Shown here one piece after another: positions 1 through 9,184 of a stretch of DNA of 64,000 bases. The DNA is from Vulcanimicrobiota bacterium (GTDB lineage Bacteria; Vulcanimicrobiota; Xenobia; Xenobiales; JADMJV01), in contig JBFWNU010000004.1 in NCBI GenBank assembly GCA_050250895.1, positions 699,955 to 763,954 on the forward strand, in the 5' to 3' direction. Below the pieces are notes generated by a model, which was given only the letters and a program-made list of their open reading frames with translations, had not been told where the DNA came from and made no database searches. Within the stretch, counting starts at the first letter, position 1, and every line of letters starts with the position of its first letter. The translations under genes and the position numbers were made by a program.

Positions 1-294
1 GCTGACCACGACCCGACCAACCTCGTCGCCCGAGAGTTCCAGCCTCTCGACCAGCGCCGGCGCGTCGGGATGATAGTTCGAGCTGCGATACTCCCGACCC
101 AGGTATTCGATACATGCCCCGGCAGACTGCGGCCGTTGCCATCCAGGAGGCAAGGCCTCGACGACCTGCTGGAGCACCGTCTCGAGCGACTGCGACGGTT
201 CGAGGGTGTATCGCTGCACCTCGTAAAGGCAGCCTAGCTCCTTCTCGCGCTCGCGGAGCGAATCCAACTCTTCCACCTGATGGAGTTTGTCCAG
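1..294 (-). CDS. Partial CDS, N-terminal GAF-like sensory domain (LREREKELGCLY...LPPGWQ), runs off the left edge
   Basis: Hand translation of the minus strand 294->1 is open: LDKLHQVEELDSLREREKELGCLYEVQ...EALPPGWQRP. This resembles the ERxKELxCLY/PPGWQ domain that precedes PEP-synthase-like or kinase domains. Start is CTG at 294 or GTG at 276. Confidence 0.6.
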   Translation of the reverse strand, partial: MDKLHQVEELDSLREREKELGCLYEVQRYTLEPSQSLETVLQQVVEALPPGWQRPQSAGACIEYLGREYRSSNYHPDAPALVERLELSGDEVGRVVVS

Positions 295-1500
295 TCAGCG
301 TCGAATCTCCCCCAGGGGAACGAGCTTCTGCTCTCGCAGACTGGCCGGCACGTCGATGAAGAGCAGCCCCTTCTTGGTGCACAGCAGCAGGCGCGAGCCC
401 TCGGGGGGGAACGAGACCGAGGTGCCGGACATGAATTCCAGGTGGCCCAGTTCTTTGCCGGTGGCCAGATCATAGATCCCGCCAGGACCGCCATAACCCA
501 CTCCCTGCACGGCCATGCTCGAGCCGGGTAACCGCTCGGCTATGAACGGGACCCTGCCGAGCGACTCGCCGCTGACCGAATAGCAGGTCAGGCCGCCTTC
601 TCCATCGACCACGAAGCCCGCCCCGGGAGCCCAGTATTTCAGGGTGTCTTTGGGGCCACCCGTGAAAACGGCTTTGCCTTCGCTGTCGAGGACCACCAGG
701 TTACCTGCTTGCTTCTCCCAACGCAGCCTGCCATCGGGGTGGGTGGGGAAGTCGGCCTCATCATCCGGAGACTCTTCCACCCGCGAGAGGTCTTTCCAGG
801 CATAGACTCCCTTGACGGCTCTCGATCCGTTGTCGGCCATGTGACGACAGAGCACGCCCTCCTGCCCCGGCTGGCCATCGAGAAACTCGCCGCCCAGGCG
901 AACCTCGCGCAGCTTCTGGCCGGACGGAAAAGCATACAGTTGAAGTTTGTCAAAGCCTCCTCGAGCGAAGGACTTGCCATCGGCGGCCCAGACCAGACTG
1001 TGCCAGCGCGTGTCGGGCCAACTCCAACTTTGCAATTGGCGGCCGGTCTGACCGTCGTAGAGCCGGGTGTGGGTGTCGGCCTGGGTCCTTCCGTGACTGG
1101 TGCCCCAAACCAACAATCCATATCCCTTTGGAGCAAAACGCACGCTATAGGCGCCCGGCGCGCGAGGATCGGCCACCGGCCCCCTGAAGTTCCAGACGAG
1201 CTTGCCGCTCTGGGCGTCATACACGTCCAGGCGACTGGGATAGTCTCCCACCGCTAGATAGCGTCCGTCCCAGCTGAGAGAAGCGTTGGCGACCCGGTCA
1301 AAGCCGTTCAGGCGAGCTTTGCGAGAAAATCGGGTCACATCGAAGACCGACACGAAATGCTCGCCCCAGACCGCCGCGGTCTTGCCGTCGGCGGAGAACT
1401 CGGTCTGGGGTTCCACCCCCGGATCGACCGCGATTTGAGGAGCAGGTTCAGCCCAGACCACCAGGGTCAACAGCAACAATAGGAACGTTCTCGTCAGCAT
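295..1500 (-). CDS. Secreted WD40/YVTN-type beta-propeller protein
   Basis: Signal peptide MLTRTFLLLLLTLVVWA from ATG 1500; repeats such as FSADGK, SWDGRYLAVG, WAADGKSF and YDAQSGK. Confidence 0.75.
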   Translation of the reverse strand: MLTRTFLLLLLTLVVWAEPAPQIAVDPGVEPQTEFSADGKTAAVWGEHFVSVFDVTRFSRKARLNGFDRVANASLSWDGRYLAVGDYPSRLDVYDAQSGKLVWNFRGPVADPRAPGAYSVRFAPKGYGLLVWGTSHGRTQADTHTRLYDGQTGRQLQSWSWPDTRWHSLVWAADGKSFARGGFDKLQLYAFPSGQKLREVRLGGEFLDGQPGQEGVLCRHMADNGSRAVKGVYAWKDLSRVEESPDDEADFPTHPDGRLRWEKQAGNLVVLDSEGKAVFTGGPKDTLKYWAPGAGFVVDGEGGLTCYSVSGESLGRVPFIAERLPGSSMAVQGVGYGGPGGIYDLATGKELGHLEFMSGTSVSFPPEGSRLLLCTKKGLLFIDVPASLREQKLVPLGEIRR

Positions 1501-1532
1501 CGCCGGGGGTTCTCCCTGGGTGCAACCAACTC

Positions 1533-1883
1533 CTAGACGGGGGTCTGTTGGTGAGCGACCAGTTGCCAGCGGCCGTCTTGCTCGCGCCAGACCGAGGTCA
1601 TCCAAGCCTCGTAGGGGTCTTGTCCCCCGCGCTCGGCCACCACGTGATAGCTCAAAGCCACCATTTCGTCGTCGAGCTCCAACCACTCGACCTCGTCGAA
1701 CTGATGCGATGTCCAGCCGCAGTTCTGGCGGGCCGCGTTCACGCACTCGGCCTTGGTAAGGCGCCCGAGGCCTGGCACCACCAGCATCGCATCATCGTCG
1801 ACCACGCGGCGATAGAAATCGGCGCTGCCGTCTTCAAAGAATCCATGTTCCAGCTTCATGACTTCGTGCATATTCTGATTCAA
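1533..1883 (-). CDS. NTF2-like/DUF4440 domain protein
   Basis: 116 aa with C-terminal TSVWREQDGRWQLVAHQQT, typical of DUF4440/SnoaL-like folds. Confidence 0.8.
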   Translation of the reverse strand: MNQNMHEVMKLEHGFFEDGSADFYRRVVDDDAMLVVPGLGRLTKAECVNAARQNCGWTSHQFDEVEWLELDDEMVALSYHVVAERGGQDPYEAWMTSVWREQDGRWQLVAHQQTPV

Positions 1884-1934
1884 GCGAACCCGGCTGGATT
1901 AGACCACATCCTGACGGGTCCTGGGGGGGCACCC

Positions 1935-3467
1935 CTATAGGAAGGCAGGCTTCTTGTTCATGAACGTAGCCAGACCGTTCCAGCCAAACGACGGCACGCC
2001 GAAGCCCTGAGGATTCTGGCCCGGCTCGGCCAGGGGATGAAAATACTCGTAGAAATCGGCCCGGTCGAGCGCCTCGAAAGTGGAGCTGCGAATCTTCTCG
2101 GACATGGCCCGGGCCAGCACATTATCGGGATTGCTCTTGAGGTGCTGCTCAAGACCGCAGCGGGTGAAAAAGTTGACGATGACCCAGATATTGCCGCGCC
2201 AGTAGTGGTCGTTGGGATTCTCGAGCATCTGCGTGGGCACGCTGGGATCGTCGAGCGAGGTCGTGGGCACGCTATACCCGTCGGGCGGATTGAACTCGCC
2301 GGGATTGAGCAAATGGTTGGCAATCAGGCTGGTCCCATGGGGCTCGCCCTCGAGCAGCATGGGATAGAACATGGCGGCGCTCTTGACCGGCGACTTGCGC
2401 TCGCCGATGAGGTCGCAATACTTGTCGCCATCCCACATCTTCTCGAAGATGGCAGCTTTGACTTCGTCGGCCCGCTGCTGATAGTGGTCGGCCCGGTCGG
2501 GCTGGTCGGCGGCTTGATACAACCGCGCCAGACACTCGAGATTCTTGGCGTAGAGAGCGTTGAAATCGACCGGTTTGACGGCGAAGTCGCCGCTCTCGAA
2601 GATCTTGTCGAGGTCCCAGTCCAGGGCCTTATACTTGCAAAACAGACCCATCTTACGCACATCGATCTGGCTGCGCTCGATGGGAGCCTCGGGCCGCCCC
2701 AGGCCGATGGTCTCGTCCCAACGCTGGCTATTGTCCCAGCCGCTCTCCCAGGGATGGATGATGCGGACCAGGCCGTCCTCGTCGGCCCGCCGGTCGTGAA
2801 GATAATCATAGTAGGCCGAAAGCTTCGGCAGCATTTCTCCGAGAAAGGCCTGGTCGTCGGTAGCAGCCTGCAACTCGAGAGCGGCCATGGCCAGGATCGG
2901 AGGCTGGGTGATATCAGAGTGCACCGGGCTCGACCAGTAGCCCTGACAGAATTCAGCGCGCTCGCTCTCGGGCACCAACCGGCGACCGTCGGGCGAGTCG
3001 AGAAAACGCTGGTAATGCGGCTGGGCCCAGGTCGGCACCCGGCTGCCGTCGCCGTGGAAGTAGTTCATGTGGGGCACGAAGCCCAAGTCTTTCGAGGCGG
3101 GGTCGCGATTCTGGTTGGCGAAAACGGCGCGCAGCTCGGACTGAGCCACCTCGGGCTCGGTCCAGGCTAGATTCATGACGTGAGCGGCCGAGTCCCAGAG
3201 CCATTGCTTGCCACCATAGTCGAGGCGCGAATCTTGAGCGCCGTCGCAGCGACTGGGAGTGGTGAAGGTATGCTCGGCGCCGGCGGGGTCGACGACCTTG
3301 ACCCGATTACCGCTGAGAATCTGATAGGCTTTGAGGGTCACGGCCATGTCGCGTTCGCGCTGGGCCGCTCCCAGCTCCAGCTGGTCTTTGGGTCCAGAAC
3401 TGGTGGGACGGGTGGCTGACCGAACCACGGGACGTGACGGCAGGCCGGGGAGTGAAGTGATGAGCAT
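1935..3467 (-). CDS. GH63-like (MGH1/trehalase-type) glycoside hydrolase with N-terminal extension
   Basis: Motifs QWLWDS, TQPP, HPWESGWDNS, YWRGNIW and FYEYF; SD AGGAGG upstream of the ATG. Confidence 0.85.
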   Translation of the reverse strand: MLITSLPGLPSRPVVRSATRPTSSGPKDQLELGAAQRERDMAVTLKAYQILSGNRVKVVDPAGAEHTFTTPSRCDGAQDSRLDYGGKQWLWDSAAHVMNLAWTEPEVAQSELRAVFANQNRDPASKDLGFVPHMNYFHGDGSRVPTWAQPHYQRFLDSPDGRRLVPESERAEFCQGYWSSPVHSDITQPPILAMAALELQAATDDQAFLGEMLPKLSAYYDYLHDRRADEDGLVRIIHPWESGWDNSQRWDETIGLGRPEAPIERSQIDVRKMGLFCKYKALDWDLDKIFESGDFAVKPVDFNALYAKNLECLARLYQAADQPDRADHYQQRADEVKAAIFEKMWDGDKYCDLIGERKSPVKSAAMFYPMLLEGEPHGTSLIANHLLNPGEFNPPDGYSVPTTSLDDPSVPTQMLENPNDHYWRGNIWVIVNFFTRCGLEQHLKSNPDNVLARAMSEKIRSSTFEALDRADFYEYFHPLAEPGQNPQGFGVPSFGWNGLATFMNKKPAFL

Positions 3468-3518
3468 GGGGCCTCCTCTCTTTCAAAGTAAGAGAAAGCC
3501 CTGAAAAATCGTTGAAGC

Positions 3519-4430
3519 CTACTCGCCCGCCAGCACGTAGCCGGCGGCGGCGCCCGCCACAGCGCCCAGCCCGCCCACGATCAGAGCCATTTGCATCGTC
3601 ACCGGACTGGCCAGCCGTAGAGGGTTGGCCAGCGCCGGAACCATCACCGCAAACGTTCCCAGGGCGCCACCGAGGCCGGCCCCGATCAGCATCGAGCCGA
3701 GCGGGTCGCTCTGCTCGCTCTGAACGGTTGCAGTGCGCAGCAGGCCCGAGGCCTGGCCGAAGTTGCGCCGGGCCGACTGCACCTGACGCTCGCTGTCACC
3801 GAGCTCGCGGTCCATGAAGCCAAGTTCGCGCTCGATGCCGCGCAGGCTGTTGCCCACCAGGATGCCGTCCATCGACACATCCACCCCGGGTTGGTCCATC
3901 TGGATCTGGCGGATGTGCATATCGGCCATGCGGACCTCGCGTTCGATGTTGCGATTACCGTTGTCAAAGCGGCGCCAACCAATCCCGAGCGAGTCGACGG
4001 CTTGCGAGCCCTCTTCGAGCTGGGTAGCCGCCTGGCGCACTCGACCCAGCCGCTCGTCGCCGGCGGCCTCGAGATCCCGCAAAAGATCGGTCATGCTCTG
4101 TTTGGCCAGATCGACGCCGCGGTCGAGTTGGCCGTATTCCACCTCGCCCCGGCGCATCTGCATGGCCGCCGAATCGAGCTGGCGCGAGCCGTTGTCGAAC
4201 TGCCGGTCGAGCTGATAGCCGGCCCAGCTCGAGTCGGTGGCGCGAGTGTCACGCTGAGCCTGGCTCTGGGGCATCCACGCCTGATCGAAATCGCGCTCGG
4301 CCGAGGCCAGATAGCGTTCGGTCTGAGAGTGGGTCTGACTGACCCGGTCAAGAGACGTGTTCGAGCCGTCAAGCTGGGCGGCCAGGCGCGCCAGGCGAGC
4401 GGCGAAAGGATCGCTTGCTGAGATGACCAT
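3519..4430 (-). CDS. Hypothetical coiled-coil protein with C-terminal glycine-zipper TM hairpin
   Basis: 303 aa, helical with an apparent internal duplication (RQFDNGSRQL/RRFDNGNRNI); two GxxxG hydrophobic segments at the C-terminus. Confidence 0.7.
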   Translation of the reverse strand: MVISASDPFAARLARLAAQLDGSNTSLDRVSQTHSQTERYLASAERDFDQAWMPQSQAQRDTRATDSSWAGYQLDRQFDNGSRQLDSAAMQMRRGEVEYGQLDRGVDLAKQSMTDLLRDLEAAGDERLGRVRQAATQLEEGSQAVDSLGIGWRRFDNGNRNIEREVRMADMHIRQIQMDQPGVDVSMDGILVGNSLRGIERELGFMDRELGDSERQVQSARRNFGQASGLLRTATVQSEQSDPLGSMLIGAGLGGALGTFAVMVPALANPLRLASPVTMQMALIVGGLGAVAGAAAGYVLAGE

Positions 4431-4493
4431 GATCGCACCCTAGTCAAGCAGGCCTGGGCCAGGTGTTGCCGGCAGATGAACGAACCAACGGGT

Positions 4494-4925
4494 ATGCGAC
4501 TCTGGTTGTTCTTTCTACTCACCCTCCCCTGCCTGGCCGGCCCGACCCTTGACGACCTCAAATGGATGAGCGGAGGCTGGGTCGACGCCACCACCGAAGA
4601 GAGTTGGAGTCGGCCCGCTGGCCACACCATGCTGGGCTACTCGCGCACCATCGAGGACGGCAAGACCGTCTTCTTCGAGTATCTGCGCATCGAAGAGACG
4701 GCCGATGGCATCTTCTACCGGGCCTCGCCTCTGGGTAAGAACGAGACCAGCTTTCGCCTCACCGAAAGCGGGCCCGGTTTGGCCGTGTTCTCGAACCCGG
4801 AACACGATTTTCCCAAGACCATTCGCTACCGCCGAGAGGGCGACTCGCTGACGGCCGAGGTCAGCGACGGCCAGCGCACCGAGCGCTGGCAGTTGCGCCG
4901 GTCCCAGAAGGAAACAACCCCTTAG
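4494..4925 (+). CDS. DUF6265-like secreted protein
   Basis: Signal peptide MRLWLFFLLTLPCLA; motifs LKWMSGGW, EESWS, FFEYLRI and FSNPEHDFPKTIRY. Alternative start at 4476. Confidence 0.8.
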   Translation: MRLWLFFLLTLPCLAGPTLDDLKWMSGGWVDATTEESWSRPAGHTMLGYSRTIEDGKTVFFEYLRIEETADGIFYRASPLGKNETSFRLTESGPGLAVFSNPEHDFPKTIRYRREGDSLTAEVSDGQRTERWQLRRSQKETTP

Positions 4926-4947
4926 CACCTGGAAGCCTTCCTCTGCG

Positions 4948-6072
4948 ATGCACAATGCCAGTGTTCTGAACCCGTGGGTGGATCTGCCGGTTTCAAGCCC
5001 GTACGAACTCGTGGGCGACCGACAGATGGTCAAGAAGCACAACGAAAGCGCCGGTGAGCAGTATCAGCTCGAGACGACCATTCCTCCCCAACCCTTTCTG
5101 GGTGACCCTTTCCGGGCCAGCCTGATCCTGCTGTCGCGGGCCCCTGGATTCGACGAGCAAGACGATGTTCTCTATAGCTGGGGTGTGGTGGCCCAGGCGC
5201 TGCGGGCCAACCTGCTGCACCAGCCCAGCGCGCTGCGTCCGTTCTATGTGCTCGATCCCAACCTGGCCGGCTCGAGCACCCAGAAACGATGGTTGCGCCA
5301 GCTTCGGCCTCTGATCCGGGCCCTGAAGAAGAGTGGTGTCGAGAACCCCGTCGACCTGATCTCGCGCCAGGTGGCCGTGATCGAGTGGTTTCCTTATCGG
5401 GCCCGTCGTTTCAAGATGCCCCCGGCGGCCAGCGAAGGCCAACTCTACAGCTGGGTGCTGGCCCGCCGAGCCCTGGAAGACCCCTACCAGATCGTGATTG
5501 TGCTGGGAGCCAAGAAGCAGTGGGAGCAATCCATCGGCGAGCTAGGTGTGCCGACGCTCTCGAGCCGGGAGCCGGTGCTCGGGCCCAAGCAACTGGGAGA
5601 GGTGCGCTTCGATTCGATCGTGGGCCACCTGATTCGAGCCGAGCAAGCCTTGCTCAACACCGTGGCCGACCGCCTGGCATGGACCAAGACGCAGCCGATC
5701 GAAGAGGGCTTTCTTCGCTATCCCAGCCGAATCGAGGGCGTCACCTATGGCATTGGCTTCTGCGGTCGCAGCGAGCCCAAGCGCGCCCTGGTCGAGCTTC
5801 ACATGAGTCGCGATGTCGAGCTGTTCGACTGGCTCAAAGCCCGCGTCTCGCAACGCCTGCTCAACGGCGTCAAGCTCTCGTGGGAGCGAATGGACGACCG
5901 TCCCGACGCCGGTCGTCGCAACTGTCGAGTGGCCATGTATCGCAGCATCGACTTCACCGAGACCCAGCGGGTGGTCGAGGCGCTCGTTTCCGACGCCATC
6001 GCCCTGCGCGGCCTGCTCGGTCCTCACCTGCGCCGCCACGAAAGCGCCGTCGAACCTTCGCGCATGGTCTGA
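4948..6072 (+). CDS. UDG-superfamily-like domain fused to a C-terminal DUF4268-like domain
   Basis: N-terminal PPQPFLGD...LILLSRAPG...IEWFPY resembles the UDG superfamily. C-terminal VELHM...LFDWL...LSWERMD...CRV resembles DUF4268. Confidence 0.55.
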   Translation: MHNASVLNPWVDLPVSSPYELVGDRQMVKKHNESAGEQYQLETTIPPQPFLGDPFRASLILLSRAPGFDEQDDVLYSWGVVAQALRANLLHQPSALRPFYVLDPNLAGSSTQKRWLRQLRPLIRALKKSGVENPVDLISRQVAVIEWFPYRARRFKMPPAASEGQLYSWVLARRALEDPYQIVIVLGAKKQWEQSIGELGVPTLSSREPVLGPKQLGEVRFDSIVGHLIRAEQALLNTVADRLAWTKTQPIEEGFLRYPSRIEGVTYGIGFCGRSEPKRALVELHMSRDVELFDWLKARVSQRLLNGVKLSWERMDDRPDAGRRNCRVAMYRSIDFTETQRVVEALVSDAIALRGLLGPHLRRHESAVEPSRMV

Positions 6073-6743
6073 GGTGGGCGCTGGATGGTGAAAACCGCCG
6101 GCGCTAAGACGCAGAGCGGTGGCGGAGGTGGCTGGATAGGAAAACCGCGGAGGGGTGGGCGTTGCCGCGAGGCCGTGCGCTCTGATGTTCGGGGCTGGTC
6201 CTGGAGCATAGCGAACAGGTCTTCCCGGATCCATCCATCCTCAAGCGTGGAGTAAAGATTGGAGGAATGTTGAAGTTGAAGCGCGTCTGTCGTGGTCGTG
6301 GCGCGTGGTCGAAGCACAGGTCGGTGGGCTCGGCAGTGGGGCGCCTGAGAAGTAAACCGCGGAGATCAGGAGGGCACGGAGAGGGTTGTGGGTGCCATGG
6401 GGTGAGCGTCCTGGCGAATTTATGGGTTAGTGTTTTGTCACATCGAACGGGTGCTCAAAACGGCGGTGGCTCAGTTGCTCGGTGGCTGCCCGATCGTAGG
6501 CGGTGCCTGAAGCGGTCAGACGCGCCTTGCCACAGGGGCGTCTCGACACCGGGAATGCTACTCTTAATCCCTGACAGACCCTAATCCTAATCCAATAAAT
6601 CCGCTGAGCAACCACCCTCTCAGCCACACTGCCCCCTCTGCGCCTCGGCGCCTTTGCGGTTTGCCCATGAGCACACCCCGACCACCAACGGCCACCGAGA
6701 CAGAGGCGCCCACCTCCTCCGCGGCCCCCGCGTATCTCCGCCG
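6071..6743. repeat. Intergenic cluster of degenerate REP-like elements (AAACCGC...GGCGC...GCAGAG)
   Basis: Plus-strand copies at about 6071-6116, 6126-6161 and 6335-6383; an inverted copy at 6636-6717; a related copy at 9089-9184. Confidence 0.5.
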
Positions 6744-7364
6744 TTACCCTCCGTGCTTGAAATTGGCCAGTCCCGTGCTGGCCGCCAGCCAGGCGCCAAC
6801 AGCAGCCACCACCTGGCTATCTCTAGCCAGGCAAAAGCGGGTAGAGAGGGCGTTGATCGATTCGCCGGGGTTTACCAGATAGACCTGACTGCTTCCAGTG
6901 CTGCTGCCTCGAAACAGCTGCAGACTGGCCCGCGAGAAGTCTTGCTCGTGCACTCCCCAGGGCGATTTGCGATATTGGGTCAGTCGGCCCGGAGCCAACT
7001 CCCAACGCAACTCGGTGACTAGCTCGCGGACGGCCAGGCCCCATAGCAGCAAGCTAATCAGCAAGAAGAGAAAAGTGACCAGGGCCGGGCTGACGAAAAA
7101 GCCGGCTCCGGCAGCGGTGCCCCCGATCATGAAAAGCACCGCCGACATGAAGGCGTGCGAACGGGGCTGGGTCAGAACCAAGCGACCATCCCGCCGCTCG
7201 AACGTATAATGACGCGTCAACTCCTCGGGCGGCTCTAACTCGGCCACCTCCTGGCCCCCCTCGACTACCGGCGCGGCCGTATGCAAGTCTGCCGAGCACT
7301 GATAACAATTCTGGTCAGATTGACGATTCTGACTGCCGCAACCCGGGCAACGCAAATATCTCAT
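6744..7364 (-). CDS. Zinc-ribbon membrane protein
   Basis: Starts MRYLRCPGCGSQNRQSDQNCYQC (CxxC...CxxC), followed by two TM helices; ATG at 7364. Confidence 0.75.
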   Translation of the reverse strand: MRYLRCPGCGSQNRQSDQNCYQCSADLHTAAPVVEGGQEVAELEPPEELTRHYTFERRDGRLVLTQPRSHAFMSAVLFMIGGTAAGAGFFVSPALVTFLFLLISLLLWGLAVRELVTELRWELAPGRLTQYRKSPWGVHEQDFSRASLQLFRGSSTGSSQVYLVNPGESINALSTRFCLARDSQVVAAVGAWLAASTGLANFKHGG

Positions 7365-7430
7365 ATAGGAAAATTCCAGCCGGCAAGTCAAAACTCCTGG
7401 GCAACGATGGCGCGCTCGGTGGTCCCGGCC

Positions 7431-9090
7431 CGGCCGCCTTCGGCGGGGCGGGGCGAACCCAGACTTCCAGCTGGAGGACCGGCCCACGGGGCAGCGGCCT
7501 GGCCAGCTCCGCACGGAACACGAGCGGTCGCGAGCGCCCGGTAGCCGGGGCGAGGGGAGCACGGCCGCCTTCGGCGGGGCGGGGCGAACCCAGACTTCCA
7601 GCTGGAAGACCGGCCCGCGGGGCGGCGACCTGGTCACTTCCGCACGGAAGACGAGCGGTCGCGAGCGCCCGGCAGCCCGGGCCGGAGACGACCGCCTCGG
7701 GGGGGGCGGGGCGAACCCAGACTTCCAGTTGGAAGACCGGCCCGCGGGGCGGCGACCCGGCCAGCTCCGCACGGAACACGAGCGGTCGCGAGCGCCCGGC
7801 AGCCGGGGCGAGGGGAGCACGACCGCCTTCGACGGGGCGATTCAACCCCCCAGACTTCCAGCTGGAAGACCGGCCCACGGGGCAGCGGCCTGGCCAACTC
7901 ATCTGGCCACTTCCGCACGGAAGACGAGCGGTCGCGAGCCGAATCGCCCGGCCGCCCGGGCCGGAGCACGACCGCCTTCGACGGGGCGATTCAACCCCAG
8001 ACTTCCAGCTGGAAGACCGGCCCACGGGGCAGCGACCTGGCCAACTCACGTGCCACTTCCGCACGGAAGACGAGCGGTCGCGAGCCGAATCGCCCGGCCG
8101 CCCTGGCCGGAGCACGACCGCCTCGGCGGGGTGGGGCGAACCCAGACCTCCAGCTGGAAGACCGGCCCACAGGGCAGCGACCTGGCCAGCTCATCTGGCC
8201 ACTTCCGCACGGAAGACGAGCGGTCGCGAGCGCCCGGCAGCCCGGGCCGGAGCACGTCCGCCTCGGCGGGGTGGGGCAACCCAGACTTCCAGCTGGAAGA
8301 CCGGCCCCCGGCGCGGCGATCTGGCCAGCTCACCTGGCCACTTCCGCACGGAAGACGAGCGGTCGCGAGCGCCCCGCAGCCCGGGCCGGAGCACGACCGC
8401 CTCGGCGGGGTGGGGCGAACCCAGACTTCCAGTTGGAAGACCGGCCCGCGGGGCGGCGATCTGGCCACTTCCGCACGGAAGACGAGCGGTCGCGAGCGCC
8501 CGGCAGCCCGGGCCGAGGGGAGCACGACCGCCTCGGCGGGGTGGGGCGAACCCAGACTTCCAGTTGGAAGACCGGCCCGCGGGGCGGCGACCCGGCCAGC
8601 TCCGCACGGAACACGAGCGGTCGCGAGCGCCCGGCAGCCGGGGCGAGGGGAGCACGACCGCCTTCGACGGGGCGATTCAACCCCCCAGACTTCCAGCTGG
8701 AAGACCGGCCCACGGGGCAGCGGCCTGGCCAACTCATCTGGCCACTTCCGCACGGAAGACGAGCGGTCGCGAGCGCCCGGTAGCCGGGGCGAGGGGAGCA
8801 CGGCCGCCTTCGGCGGGGTGGGGCAACCCAGACTTCCAGCTGGAAGACCGGCCCCCGGCGCGGCGATCTGGCCAGCTCACCTGGCCACTTCCGCACGGAA
8901 GACGAGCGGTCGCGAGCGCCCCGCAGCCCGGGCCGGAGCACGACCGCCTCGGCGGGGCGGGGCGAACCCAGACTTCCAGCTGGAAGACCGGCCCGCGGGG
9001 CAGCGTGGCCACCTCACCTGGCCACTTCCGCACGGACGACGAGCGGTCGCGAGCGCCCGGCCGCCTGGGCCGGAGCACGTCCGCCTCGGC
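7431..9090. repeat. Non-coding tandem array of 12 mosaic units of 127-147 bp with palindromic cores
   Basis: CAGACTTCCAG(C/T)TGGAAGACCGGCCC recurs (two copies with single substitutions) at about 7460, 7591, 7718, 7851, 7998, 8143, 8282, 8422, 8553, 8686, 8829 and 8969. Each is followed by TCCGCACGGAA(G/C)ACGAGCGGTCGCGAGC. Confidence 0.95.
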
Positions 9091-9184
9091 GCCTCGGCGC
9101 CCTTTGCGGTTAGCCCATCGAGCTCAAACCGACCGGCTACGACAAGCGATCCAGAGGCGCTCACCCCCAGCGCACCGGATTGCC

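Noticed and set aside
6073-6640. Protein-coding gene or known ncRNA in the intergenic gap
   Set aside because: The short ORFs lack RBS, motifs or typical codon usage, and no tRNA, tmRNA, RNase P or riboswitch consensus is recognisable by eye.
7431-9090. CRISPR or TIGR-like guide array
   Set aside because: Segments between the conserved cores are homologous to each other and recur, so they are not unique spacers. Units are too long, and no cas or Nop-domain gene is nearby.
6640-9184. Integron attC sites after gene cassettes
   Set aside because: No RYYYAAC/GTTRRRY ends, no long imperfect palindrome, and no integrase in the window.
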